Shown here piece by piece: positions 20,615 through 30,016 of a stretch of 64,000 nucleotides of DNA. Source of the stretch: Candidatus Binatia bacterium. GTDB lineage: Bacteria > Desulfobacterota > Binatia > Bin18. The stretch is taken from positions 1,920,001-1,984,000 of the forward strand of contig OY761159.2 in assembly GCA_963664395.2 (NCBI GenBank). The letters run 5' to 3'. The notes below the pieces were generated by a model, which searched no databases, was not told where the DNA came from, and saw only the letters and a list, made by a program, of their open reading frames with translations. Within the stretch, counting starts at the first letter, position 1, and every line of letters begins with the position of its first letter. The translations under genes and the position numbers were made by a program.

Positions 20615-20936
20615 TGCCCTCTTACTCATCGGCTTGTTTTTTCTCCTGACCGGGACCTTTGGCTTGTTACGGCTGAAGGATGTCTACACGCGTATGCACG
20701 CAACGAGTAAGAGCACAACGTTTGGTGTGGTCGGGGTAGTCCTGGCTTCGCTGCTCTACTTTCGATATTTGGGGCTGTCCTCGGGCCTGAAAGAGTTCCT
20801 TATTGTCATCTTTCTCTTTCTCACCGCCCCGGTTGGGGCGCATATGATCGCCCGGGCCGCCTACCGTACAGGCGTTTCATTATGGCAGGGCGGCGCGGTT
20901 GATGATTTTAAGAAATGGCAGGATGAAAATCAGTAG
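20580..20936 (+). CDS. mrpG: Mrp antiporter subunit G
   Basis: GLLRLKDVYTRMHA, TAPVGAHMIARAAY. Confidence 0.93.
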   Translation: MEVPYTLDVLVSALLLIGLFFLLTGTFGLLRLKDVYTRMHATSKSTTFGVVGVVLASLLYFRYLGLSSGLKEFLIVIFLFLTAPVGAHMIARAAYRTGVSLWQGGAVDDFKKWQDENQ

Positions 20937-20946
20937 CGCAGTACGT

Positions 20947-21969
20947 TTAGTGTAGTCCTGGCATCACCTCTCTGGCAAAGAGTTCCATCGAGCGCTGACT
21001 CTTCGCCGGGTCAAGGCCGGGGAGGTGCATGCCTAGAACGAGGTGCGTTGTGCGCACGTCTTTTGTAAACCGCTCAATCTCACGCCCGATTTCTTCCGGG
21101 GTACCGATCATCGGGCTGGCGAGTAAGCGCTCGGGATGCTTCCGCAATTCGGCAGGAGACGGCAATTGGCTGAACTGCTCAGCGCCGGAAAAGTCCTTTG
21201 CCTCGGACAGCCAGCGGCCATACCAAGTCAGCATATAGTGTAGATGTTCCTGGACTTCATCCCAGGCCTGATCGTGGCTTGGGGCGGCATACGCCCAACG
21301 CAACTGCGCCGCATGGTAATCTTTGGGATCGCGCCCATGCTGGCGCAGCGCGGCATCATACGCTTCCTGGGCTGCTGAGGCCCCGCCGCCGAGAAAGTGA
21401 CAGCCCATGCGTGCGGCCCGCTCAATCGCCTTTGGCGCGTTGGCGCCGATCCACAACGGCGGATGGGGGCTCTGAGCCGGTTTGGGCTCAAGGCGAATAT
21501 CCTTCAACTGATAGTGTTTACCTTCATAGGAGAATGGGTCCTGAGTCCAGATTCCTCGGATGACCTCAACTCCTTCCTCCATGCGCGAGCCGCGCTCCTC
21601 ACGCGGGATGCCATAGCCAGCAAACTCGGCAGGGGCATACCCCTGCCCCAATCCCATGTCAAAGCGCCCGTTGGACAGGATATCCACAGTTGCCGCGTCT
21701 TCAGCAACCCGCACGGCATTGTGCAAGGGTAAGAGGAGAAGAAATGTCCCAATACGCACCCGGCTCGTCATAGCGGCAAGCGCCCCGGCAATCGGCAGCA
21801 ACGAAGGCGAGTAACCATCTTCGGCAAAGTGGTGTTCAGTCAGCCAAATCGTGTCATAGCCAAGTTCCTCGGCGACCTGAGCCTGCTGCAATTGCTCAGC
21901 ATAGAACTGTGTAAACGGCTTGCGCCATTGGGGGGGATTCCGAAAGGGAAAGAGTAAACCGATATCCAT
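20947..21969 (-). CDS. LLM-class flavin-dependent oxidoreductase
   Basis: WLTEHHF, RVAEDAATVDILSNGR, PHPPLWIG. Confidence 0.9.
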   Translation of the reverse strand: MDIGLLFPFRNPPQWRKPFTQFYAEQLQQAQVAEELGYDTIWLTEHHFAEDGYSPSLLPIAGALAAMTSRVRIGTFLLLLPLHNAVRVAEDAATVDILSNGRFDMGLGQGYAPAEFAGYGIPREERGSRMEEGVEVIRGIWTQDPFSYEGKHYQLKDIRLEPKPAQSPHPPLWIGANAPKAIERAARMGCHFLGGGASAAQEAYDAALRQHGRDPKDYHAAQLRWAYAAPSHDQAWDEVQEHLHYMLTWYGRWLSEAKDFSGAEQFSQLPSPAELRKHPERLLASPMIGTPEEIGREIERFTKDVRTTHLVLGMHLPGLDPAKSQRSMELFAREVMPGLH

Positions 21970-22033
21970 AAAGCTCTCCTTTTGCCTTTTGCTCACTTGA
22001 GCCAGCTTCGTTCAAATCAAATGTGGTGAAGGG

Positions 22034-23227
22034 CTAGAGCAGTCCTGCTGCTCGCATGGTAGCGATGGCCGCTTCGTCATAGCCGAGTTCCGTCAATACC
22101 TCAGTACTATGCTCGCCGAGAAGGGGCGCAGGTCGAAGCGGGACATCCGAAGCCGACAGTTTTATGGGATTGCCGGCCATGGTGTAGGTGCCACGGGTCG
22201 GATGATCGAGTTCGAGTATCATGTCCCGTTCGCGCAAATGCGGATCGTTCATGACTTCGCCCGTGTCCTGACACGCCCCGCACGGCACCCCAGACTCGGC
22301 TAAAATCTGCATGACTTCATGTTTCGGTTTTTTCGATGTCCATTCTTCGATAAAGGCGTTCACTTCATCGGCACGCTCAACCCGTGCCTCGGGTGTGTGG
22401 TAGCGTGGGTCGCCAATCAGGTCTTCCCGTTCTATGGCTCGCAGCAAGGGTTCCCACATCTGCTGCTGGGCAATAATGAAAACATAGTCGTTGGACCCTC
22501 CGGGATGGCAACGATACGTTGTGGCAGGGACAAAGGCGCCGAGTTGATTGCCGGTGCGTTCAACCGGCTTTCCATAACGCTGGTGATCCCGCAAGCTGAC
22601 CCGAACCAGATTCACCACCGCATCCTGCATGGACACTTCGACCTGTTGGCCTGCCCCTGTGGTGTGGCGCTGCATGAGGGCCGCCAGGATGCCGATGACG
22701 CAGTGCATGCCGGTGCCTGAGTCTCCCACACATGACCAGGTGACAGTTGGCGGATTGTCAGGAAAACCGGTCACGCTCATCGAGCCGCCCATCGCTTGAG
22801 CGACGGGTTCAAAACTCTTGAACGAGCTATACGGCCCATACGAACCAAAGCCTTTGATACTGGCATACACAATACGGGGATTGAGGTGTTTAAGGGTGTC
22901 ATAGCCAAACCCAAGCCGTTCCATGGTGCCGGGTCCGAAGTTCTCCAGCACGACATCCGCGGTTGCAACGAGTTTTTGAAAGGCTTGCTTGCCTTCCGGC
23001 TGTTTGAGATCAAGCGCGAGGCTGCGCTTGTTGGCGTTGAAAAAAAGGAAGAAGAGACTGTCCGTACCAGGCTGGTCGTTCAGACTCACACGGGCGATAT
23101 CACCCCGTCCGGGTGGCTCGACCTTGATCACGTCCGCCCCGAGCCAGGCTAAAATCTGGGCACACGACGGGCCGGCCTGGTTGTGGGTCAAATCAAGAAC
23201 CCGGATACCATCAAGCGCAGTGCTCAT
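22034..23227 (-). CDS. frc: Formyl-CoA transferase-like family III CoA-transferase
   Basis: HNQAGP, FNANKRS, SIKGFG, GDSGTGMH with the catalytic Asp, PGGSNDYVFI. No oxc in the window, so the substrate is not certain. Confidence 0.7.
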   Translation of the reverse strand: MSTALDGIRVLDLTHNQAGPSCAQILAWLGADVIKVEPPGRGDIARVSLNDQPGTDSLFFLFFNANKRSLALDLKQPEGKQAFQKLVATADVVLENFGPGTMERLGFGYDTLKHLNPRIVYASIKGFGSYGPYSSFKSFEPVAQAMGGSMSVTGFPDNPPTVTWSCVGDSGTGMHCVIGILAALMQRHTTGAGQQVEVSMQDAVVNLVRVSLRDHQRYGKPVERTGNQLGAFVPATTYRCHPGGSNDYVFIIAQQQMWEPLLRAIEREDLIGDPRYHTPEARVERADEVNAFIEEWTSKKPKHEVMQILAESGVPCGACQDTGEVMNDPHLRERDMILELDHPTRGTYTMAGNPIKLSASDVPLRPAPLLGEHSTEVLTELGYDEAAIATMRAAGLL

Positions 23228-23294
23228 TGTCTCATTCTCCCTTCCATAGTGTCACTCGCCTTTCCCCCGGTCTGGAGACCCGCTTGGGGCCGCG

Positions 23295-23933
23295 TCAGAA
23301 ATACCAGGCCAGCGTCAGCGACAGATTGACCTCGTCGTTATCGACCCGCACTGGAACAAAGACCCCTTCGTCCTTCAGGTTGAAAGAGACCCAGTCTTCG
23401 GCCAGATACCCGGTATAGCGCACCTCGCCCCTGAGGCCGAGCCGCGAGCCGAACATCTTTTCCAGCCCCGCGCCGCTCGTCCACGCGGTAAAATTCTCGT
23501 TATGGGTATTGGCGCCGGTCGTGAACTCGTCGGTCTGGCACCACTCGGACGTGAGACAGCCGTGAAAACGGACGCGGAGGCGCGTCGCCACACGTCGTAC
23601 TCCGGCCAGCAGCCCGAACCCATACCCAGTCGCGTCAGCGGAGTCACGGTCGCGGTTCACCTTCCCGCTCTGGGAGGTCATATTGAGCGGACTGGTATTG
23701 TCCACGGTCTTTTTATACGAGGTGTCCAGCCATTCTGGGGTGCCGGTGATACCCAGGTAGAAGCGCCCCTCGTCGGCGAGTGCCGCACCGACGACACTCG
23801 GGCTTGCAAGAATGACACCCGCTAGCAGCACCCAAGCCACAAGCGGTTTCCAGCACGAGCGCAAGCACGCGGGAGACAATCTCGGTCTGCTTCTGTCTTG
23901 CTCCACTCCGCTTGTAATGAGCGCACTGCTCAT
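23295..23933 (-). CDS. Outer-membrane beta-barrel protein (OmpA/OmpW-like), possibly internally deleted
   Basis: Hydrophobic signal-like segment, FYLG first strand, GAGLE and LRGEVRY strands, C-terminal aromatic signature LAWYF. Confidence 0.6.
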   Translation of the reverse strand: MSSALITSGVEQDRSRPRLSPACLRSCWKPLVAWVLLAGVILASPSVVGAALADEGRFYLGITGTPEWLDTSYKKTVDNTSPLNMTSQSGKVNRDRDSADATGYGFGLLAGVRRVATRLRVRFHGCLTSEWCQTDEFTTGANTHNENFTAWTSGAGLEKMFGSRLGLRGEVRYTGYLAEDWVSFNLKDEGVFVPVRVDNDEVNLSLTLAWYF

Positions 23934-24117
23934 GGTCTCATGCTCCCCTTTTGGCTTTTTCTGGATATTCAAAACATTATTAGCAGTTTGACACCTCATT
24001 CCGCGTGGTGCAAATCAGGCTGGAGAAGCGGGACCCGCAGTCAGAGTTGGAGAAAGCAAAGAAGACCTTGCATTGATGGGCGTCTCGGCAGTAGGTGCCG
24101 CGGAGCATCAGCTAGAA

Positions 24118-24149
24118 ATGTCGGATTAGCTGGAGGCGTAAGCCGACAT
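24118..24149. repeat. REP-like palindrome (GTAG-type family)
   Basis: atgtcggattagctggaggcgtaagccgacat; its reverse complement closely matches 38385-38416. Confidence 0.65.
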
Positions 24150-24161
24150 CCCCGAGACTGA

Positions 24162-24662
24162 CTAACGCAGATGCTCGGCGTAACTAGCCAAACGACGGCG
24201 GATTTCGAACTTTGGAAGCCGGCAGCGCGGATGCTTCGCAATAGCGGTCAAGCCGTCGTACAGGTCCCGGATGCCCACCACATCAGCGTCGCGCATCTCA
24301 TCGAGGAGCCACAGCACGCCGTGACACTCGACCGTCTCATCAGCCGCGAGCTGACGAAGCGCTCCGTCACCGCTCAGCAGAATCCAGGACCGGGTTTGCG
24401 CGAGCACAAGGGCGAAGCAATCAGGAAGGGAAAGCGCAGGCTCTCGCCGCCGATAGGCGAGAGCGCTTCGTACACCGTCGCCGTCCAACTCCTCAACAGC
24501 AAGGCCAAGTCGTATCAACTCTTCGCCACCCCAGTTTTTCAATTCGCGTTCGTAGAGCAGATCGGGGACGACGAACCGGAACGGCAGACGGAAGCTGGCC
24601 TCCAGCAGGGACCCGCGTTCCAGATCAACCAGAACGGAGGTATCGGAGACCAGCACGTGCAT
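24162..24662 (-). CDS. PIN-domain protein (putative ribonuclease toxin)
   Basis: VLVSDTSVLVD, YERE, LSLPDC, LLSGDG.LR acidic motifs; VECHGVLW of the DUF3368-like subgroup. Confidence 0.85.
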   Translation of the reverse strand: MHVLVSDTSVLVDLERGSLLEASFRLPFRFVVPDLLYERELKNWGGEELIRLGLAVEELDGDGVRSALAYRRREPALSLPDCFALVLAQTRSWILLSGDGALRQLAADETVECHGVLWLLDEMRDADVVGIRDLYDGLTAIAKHPRCRLPKFEIRRRLASYAEHLR

Positions 24663-24667
24663 AAGAC

Positions 24668-25753
24668 TCAGTGTCCAGCCACCTCGTGTGCAACAGTCGG
24701 CGGCTCCTCCATTCGCCGGTTCAGTTCATGCACCGACGTTTCAAGCACCTCCGCGGCCTTGGCCTCGGAAATCGCCCCTTCGGCAAGTGCCCGGAACGTG
24801 AGGCGCTCGAAACGTTTCGGCTCCTCACCTGTCCTTGCGTACGGCTCTTGGTAGGGCGGAGTGCGCCACCCGAGGCGGGTGAAGTCATTGAACAATCGCC
24901 GGAACAAAGTATCGCTGAAAATACCAAGGTCCTTGCAGCGATACGTAATCGCCTGAACACTCGTGCCAAAGAGTTGCTTCAACTCGAACAGCTCACCCCA
25001 CCCGATTGACGTGCGGTGCTTCCCAATCTCTTCCCATAGAGCGTCGGCCGGCATCAGGAAGGCCCCGGCAAAGCGGTGCGCGGCCTTCTCCTCGTCCACT
25101 CTGGCCGCCACCTCCATGACCAAGTGCCCAAGCTCATGAGCCAGGGTGAAGCGCTGGCGCTCCCCCCAGTCCTTGCGGTTCACGACAATGACGGGCACCG
25201 CGTCTTTACCGGTACGGCGGACACGCGCCGTCAGGCCATCGATATACGTGAGATCGAACAGCAAGGTCTTGATCCCCTGGTCTTCCAGGAGTTCGACAAC
25301 ATTCGGAATCGGATCGACACCAAGGCTCCAGTGGTCCCGCAGGCTTCGGGCTGCACGGTCGGCCTCGGCAACATCACTGATGACGGGGTACGGAGCCTCG
25401 CGCGGACTGTGCCATTCCACACTATGAAGGTTCAGCAATTCTTCCACCAAAAGGTAACGCTCCAGAAGATGCAGGACCTGGGCTTCGACTTGGGATTCCT
25501 CTCGTTTGCTCGTAATCTTTTTCTTCCTGAACTCCACCGCTTCGAAGACCATGTCCTGGTCCCCAACCAGATAGTCCACCGAGACGCCAAGCGCGTCGGC
25601 AAGCGCAATAAGAACACCAGAGCTAGGCATGGACTCGTTGCGCTCATACTTCCCGATTGCCTGTGCCGTGACGCGGTTTCCAATTTTCACCGATAAATCT
25701 CGGAGAGACAGGCCAGCGGCAGAGCGAGACAGCTTTAGTCTTTGTCCTATCAT
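24668..25753 (-). CDS. XRE HTH + ImmA/IrrE-family metallopeptidase
   Basis: N-terminal HTH (GLSLRDL..AIGKYE), RQRFTLAHELGH (HExxH), EKAAHRFAGAFLMP. Confidence 0.93.
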   Translation of the reverse strand: MIGQRLKLSRSAAGLSLRDLSVKIGNRVTAQAIGKYERNESMPSSGVLIALADALGVSVDYLVGDQDMVFEAVEFRKKKITSKREESQVEAQVLHLLERYLLVEELLNLHSVEWHSPREAPYPVISDVAEADRAARSLRDHWSLGVDPIPNVVELLEDQGIKTLLFDLTYIDGLTARVRRTGKDAVPVIVVNRKDWGERQRFTLAHELGHLVMEVAARVDEEKAAHRFAGAFLMPADALWEEIGKHRTSIGWGELFELKQLFGTSVQAITYRCKDLGIFSDTLFRRLFNDFTRLGWRTPPYQEPYARTGEEPKRFERLTFRALAEGAISEAKAAEVLETSVHELNRRMEEPPTVAHEVAGH

Positions 25754-25822
25754 ATCTTATTCCTCTCTATTGAGAGTTTACAAAAACAGAGAAAAAAATC
25801 AAATATGTAAATCACCGACCTG

Positions 25823-25894
25823 CCCCCCTCCCCTGGAGGGAGAGCCTGTCCTGAGCAGAGCGGAGCGAAGTCGAAGGGGGCTAAGGTGAGGGGG
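25823..25894. repeat. Nested REP-like element: CCCTCACC-family repeat interrupted by a CCTGTCCTGAGC...GTCGAAG mini-element
   Basis: Removing about 25845-25876 gives a close match to the reverse complement of the element at 858-894. Confidence 0.65.
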
Positions 25895-26019
25895 TCCCTG
25901 GCTTGCATCCCATCTGCTCGCAATCGGCCAAGTGAAAATGGCCCGGATAAAACCAAGCTGCTTCTAGGGAAATTTTGTGGGGTTTATGGGGTTGGGTTAC
26001 CGGAGGTGTGAGCGTCTAG

Positions 26020-27300
26020 TTAATCAATGGGGGATTGCGAATGGCGAGTCTCATAAATTTTTACTACTCTTCTCAATTCATCAGTAAAATTTGAATTGCG
26101 GCCAGCAAAATATGCAGAAGGAGAGTTCTTGTAGAAATCGAGTTCATTCTTGCATAAATCGTATGCGTCTTTCTCCTTATTCAATTTCAGTAGAGAATGC
26201 GCGTAGACTACAGCGAATCCGGGACGCTGTCGATCATGGCTAGCTATATCAAAACCCTTGTGGGCATAATCACAAGCACGTTGTGTTTCCTCCTTATTTG
26301 CATCCTTAAGACAGTAGATCGTCCAAGCAGCATTCATGTAATAGTGCGCTCCTGCTTGGTAGGCGTAAGGAGTACCATCGTATTTGTCTTTAACCATCTC
26401 CTCTCTATGAGAATGCCAGTATTGGAGAGCTTTCTCATAATAAGGAAGTGCAATCCTCGGTTGACTATGTAATAAACAAACATCCTTAGCTAGGTTATAG
26501 TACTCAGCATCGGTAAAACCGTCGGTAGACACACCCTCGCCGTTCGCCACAGCCTCGCCAAGAGTATACCAATCATCCATGAGCGCTTTCTCTGATATGG
26601 AGAAAAAACAGCGCAACTCATCGAGTATTCGCTTCTTGCTGCCGGCCTCAATTATGACTGATTTGCAACCAGCTTTCTCAATCCTATCAATCCCCAGGAC
26701 AAAGGACGATCCTTGCTTATCGATCCGAGAAACATAGCTTTTGTGAGGGCCTCTGGTATTGCCTCTGGGACTGTACTGAAAACTTGTAGGAAATAGGCAC
26801 GATCTATCGAGAGTATACAAATCTGAATGGTTGCCCAGAATATAATCATCGATATGCGGGAGCCCTGCCTCGTCTAAACTATCAACTGAAACAGCAAAGA
26901 CTTTTCCGTCCTCTTTCCAGTGCTCCTTTTCTCGACAAGCGAACCATAAGGCAATAAGCGGCCTTATGGTAAAGTCGATAAATATAGTCTTTTTCCCAGT
27001 CTCACATCCATAATGCTGTACAATTGCTACTTTATCCCAATCTGTAAGAAGACTAGGACTCTCTCTGGAAAGGTCTCTTACGTATCCAGGTAGAGAATCA
27101 AAGGAATGAAAATCGCGTATCAGGTCTGAATGGTAGGAAAGGCAGTCCGAATCTGTTTGGCCTTTAAATGCGCGAGCCCATGAAGAGTATACCGGCCATG
27201 CACTGTTAGACTGTCCTCTAAACCTGTAGGCGTGCTCATGAGGGCGTAAAGATTCACACAGCTGTAGAAAATCATCCACTGTTTTTATTACTGGTTCCAT
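26020..27300 (-). CDS. FRG-domain protein with C-terminal TPR-like helices (putative defence protein)
   Basis: FRGQ, QHYG...[22 protein letters not shown]; TPR-like ALPYYEKAL. Visibly AT-richer than its flanks; start MEPVIKT. Confidence 0.82.
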   Translation of the reverse strand: MEPVIKTVDDFLQLCESLRPHEHAYRFRGQSNSAWPVYSSWARAFKGQTDSDCLSYHSDLIRDFHSFDSLPGYVRDLSRESPSLLTDWDKVAIVQHYGCETGKKTIFIDFTIRPLIALWFACREKEHWKEDGKVFAVSVDSLDEAGLPHIDDYILGNHSDLYTLDRSCLFPTSFQYSPRGNTRGPHKSYVSRIDKQGSSFVLGIDRIEKAGCKSVIIEAGSKKRILDELRCFFSISEKALMDDWYTLGEAVANGEGVSTDGFTDAEYYNLAKDVCLLHSQPRIALPYYEKALQYWHSHREEMVKDKYDGTPYAYQAGAHYYMNAAWTIYCLKDANKEETQRACDYAHKGFDIASHDRQRPGFAVVYAHSLLKLNKEKDAYDLCKNELDFYKNSPSAYFAGRNSNFTDELRRVVKIYETRHSQSPID

Positions 27301-27442
27301 CCAACGCCTCCCACAACACCGCCTCCACCAACCGCCCCTGCGTCTCATCACCCCTGGCAAGGATCGCTTCCAACCGGTCACACACCGCCATCAGTTCATC
27401 GACCTTGGCGACAATGCGGTGCTGTTCGGCGAGAGACGGGAT
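27272..27442 (-). pseudogene. hsdS: C-terminal remnant of a type I restriction specificity subunit
   Basis: [26 protein letters not shown]...[11 protein letters not shown] is the conserved HsdS distal helix; no TRD or plausible start upstream. Confidence 0.85.
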
Positions 27443-27531
27443 ATGAGGTCCACCTCGTTCTTGGGTGGGCCGCCCCCCGTGTATCCTCTTTCTCAGAACG
27501 ATACGTATAGCGGCACCCAACTCCCCAGCGT

Positions 27532-27882
27532 TTATGCCAACGGAATAAACAACGACTTTCTGGGCTGGCCGTTGACCGCTCGGCTGATATGTCCCTGGCC
27601 GGTGGTATCGTCTGCCAAAAGAATTTCTCCCGTGCCGAGGACGCGCTTCGTGCCGTCGCCAATCTCGATCTCGACCGCACCCTCAAGCATGACCACATAC
27701 TGACGCCGTGGCGCGTTGTGAAAATCGAGGTCATAGTCGCCGCCCGTTTCTCGAAAGATGACGCCGGTTGCCGGAATGAGATCGGAGAGTTGCCCGATCC
27801 GTCCGCCGTCTTTGAGCGGAATATCGACATCCTCAAAATGCGATTGGTTATCTGCCCCAGTATATACGCATGTTACTTTCAT
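27532..27882 (-). CDS. Cupin-fold protein
   Basis: [28 protein letters not shown]. Confidence 0.85.
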   Translation of the reverse strand: MKVTCVYTGADNQSHFEDVDIPLKDGGRIGQLSDLIPATGVIFRETGGDYDLDFHNAPRRQYVVMLEGAVEIEIGDGTKRVLGTGEILLADDTTGQGHISRAVNGQPRKSLFIPLA

Positions 27883-28082
27883 GCTGGCTCTCCTTTCCAA
27901 AAACGCTCTGAACTGTATGACACAGGCCCATTGAGTGTCAAATGAGACAGGCGTGAAGGGAATAGTGAAGGGTGCGCAGTGAGGGGCAAGGCGAGTGCAA
28001 ATTTCGTTCGGCTTACCTGGACAGCGCTATAGCCCATGACTTATAGTTGTGCAGCTGAAGTCAGAACATAGAGGAGAATACT

Positions 28083-29165
28083 ATGCGTGCGGTGGTTATG
28101 CTGGACCATAAGCTGACGGTTGAAGATATTCCCGTTCCAGAGCCGGGGCAAGGCGAAGTCTTAGTCAAGACCCTGGCGTGCGGTATTTGCGGCTCGGACC
28201 TGCATGCACTCAAACACACCGAAAAGCTGGTTGCAATCTCGGAGCGTTCCGGTGGGGTTTTTAATATGGACCTCAGCCGTGGAATCGTCATGGGCCATGA
28301 GTTCTGTGTCGAGGTCGTTGACTTTGGGCCGAATACGCAAAAAACGCTCAAAGCCGGGACGCGCGCGGTTTCCATGCCAATCCTCATTCGGCCAAGCGGT
28401 GTCGAGACAGTCGGCTATTCAAACGACAACCCAGGCGGCTATGGGGAGTATATGCGCCTGAGTGAAAAGCTGTTGCTCGCAGTCCCGAATGGCCTGCCCA
28501 CGCCTAAAGCCGCCTTGACCGAACCCATGGCGGTTGGCCTGCACGCGGTTGAAATGGCGCGACTGGCAAAAGATGATGTGCCGCTGGTCATCGGCTGCGG
28601 ACCTGTCGGCCTTGCCGTTATTGCGTCGCTGCGGATGAAAGGTGTACAGCCCATTATCGCTGCGGACTTCTCCCCCCGTCGCCGCCAACTCGCCGAGGCC
28701 GTGGGTGCGGATATTATCATCGACCCTGCCGAGCAGTCGCCGTATACCAGTTGGCAAGAAGCTGCGGTCTGGGCTGACCCGAGCACGGCGCCGCCTCAGC
28801 CGCCTTGGGCTTCAGGTCCTCCGCTGCGTCCGGCAGTCATATTCGAGTGCGTCGGCGTTCCCGGAGTCATTGATCAGATTATGACCGCAGCCCCGCAGGG
28901 CACGCGGATTGTCGTCGTGGGCGTCTGCATGGAGAAGGACAGCTTTGAGCCGATGTTCGGCATCAATAAGGAACTCAATCTCCAATTCGTCTTGGGCTAT
29001 AGCGGAGAGGAATACGCGGCCACGCTCCACCATATTGCGGAAGGGGCACTCATGACCGACCCGCTCATTACGGACACGGTTGGCGTGGCAGGCGTCCCCC
29101 AGGCATTTCAGGATTTGGGCTCGCCGGAACACCACGCCAAAATTATTGTGGAACCCTGGCACTAA
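28083..29165 (+). CDS. Zinc-binding (MDR) dehydrogenase
   Basis: CGICGSDLH, GHEF, GCGPVG; the structural-Zn Cys loop is absent. Confidence 0.92.
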   Translation: MRAVVMLDHKLTVEDIPVPEPGQGEVLVKTLACGICGSDLHALKHTEKLVAISERSGGVFNMDLSRGIVMGHEFCVEVVDFGPNTQKTLKAGTRAVSMPILIRPSGVETVGYSNDNPGGYGEYMRLSEKLLLAVPNGLPTPKAALTEPMAVGLHAVEMARLAKDDVPLVIGCGPVGLAVIASLRMKGVQPIIAADFSPRRRQLAEAVGADIIIDPAEQSPYTSWQEAAVWADPSTAPPQPPWASGPPLRPAVIFECVGVPGVIDQIMTAAPQGTRIVVVGVCMEKDSFEPMFGINKELNLQFVLGYSGEEYAATLHHIAEGALMTDPLITDTVGVAGVPQAFQDLGSPEHHAKIIVEPWH

Positions 29166-29185
29166 GATTTCAGGAGGAGGACAGC

Positions 29186-29824
29186 ATGGCTGATATAGAG
29201 AATTGGACCCTACGGGGAGACTGGTTTGATGTGTGCAGTTGCGATATCGCCTGTCCGTGCGAATTTGCACAGCCGCCAACAAACAATCACTGTGATGGAG
29301 TCCTGGCCTACCATGTCCGAGAAGGGCTGTATGGTTCAACCCGTCTCGATGGGCTGAATATCATTGCCGTCGCCAGCTTCAGCGGCAATATATGGGCTGG
29401 TGAGGCAAAAATTTCACTCGGGCTGTTTATTGACGAGCAAGCCGACGGGCAACAGCGCGAGGCGCTCCAACTCATCTTTTCCGGACAGGCTGGCGGATTT
29501 ATGGGCGGTTTTGCTCGCTCGGTCGGTGAGGTACGCGGTATTGAGTTTGTTCCTATCACTTTTGATATTGCCGAGGATCTCGCCTTTTGGAAAGCCGAGA
29601 TTCCCAACCAGGTCACGGCCTTTGCAGAGGCGCTGACCGGACCGACCACACCGAAAGGGAAACGGGTTCAGCTGCTGAATCCACCGGGTTCCGAAGTTGG
29701 ACCCGGCCAGATCGCGACATGGGGCAAAACGGTTGACAATCGGGTCAACGCCTACGGCTTTGAGTGGGATTGGGCGGGCAAATCGAGTAAGCACATCCCT
29801 TTTGACTGGACTGGACCGGCATAG
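29186..29824 (+). CDS. DUF1326 domain protein
   Basis: GDWFDVCSCDIACPC...HCDG, IDEQAD..QREAL..IFSG. Confidence 0.85.
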   Translation: MADIENWTLRGDWFDVCSCDIACPCEFAQPPTNNHCDGVLAYHVREGLYGSTRLDGLNIIAVASFSGNIWAGEAKISLGLFIDEQADGQQREALQLIFSGQAGGFMGGFARSVGEVRGIEFVPITFDIAEDLAFWKAEIPNQVTAFAEALTGPTTPKGKRVQLLNPPGSEVGPGQIATWGKTVDNRVNAYGFEWDWAGKSSKHIPFDWTGPA

Positions 29825-30016
29825 GGGGAGGGGCACGGTGCCCGTACTGTCGCTTCTCTGGAACTGCGGGAATGGTGCTGAAATACCGAAATGGCGGGAG
29901 AAGACTCATGCAAGGGGGCTCATGAGTACTTCCCCCGCCACCGGAAGGAGGAAAAAAGAAGGAAGGATAAAAACATAGACATATCAACGCCTGTCAGTAT
30001 TCAACCTGCCGCCCGG

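Noticed and set aside
27450-27530. Possible IS256-like left-end fragment upstream of the hsdS remnant
   Set aside because: Only a vague resemblance; no terminal inverted repeat or transposase codons I can demonstrate.
27918-27940. TGACAC-N11-GTGTCA inverted repeat between divergent genes
   Set aside because: Six-bp arms could arise by chance and no regulator gene is adjacent.
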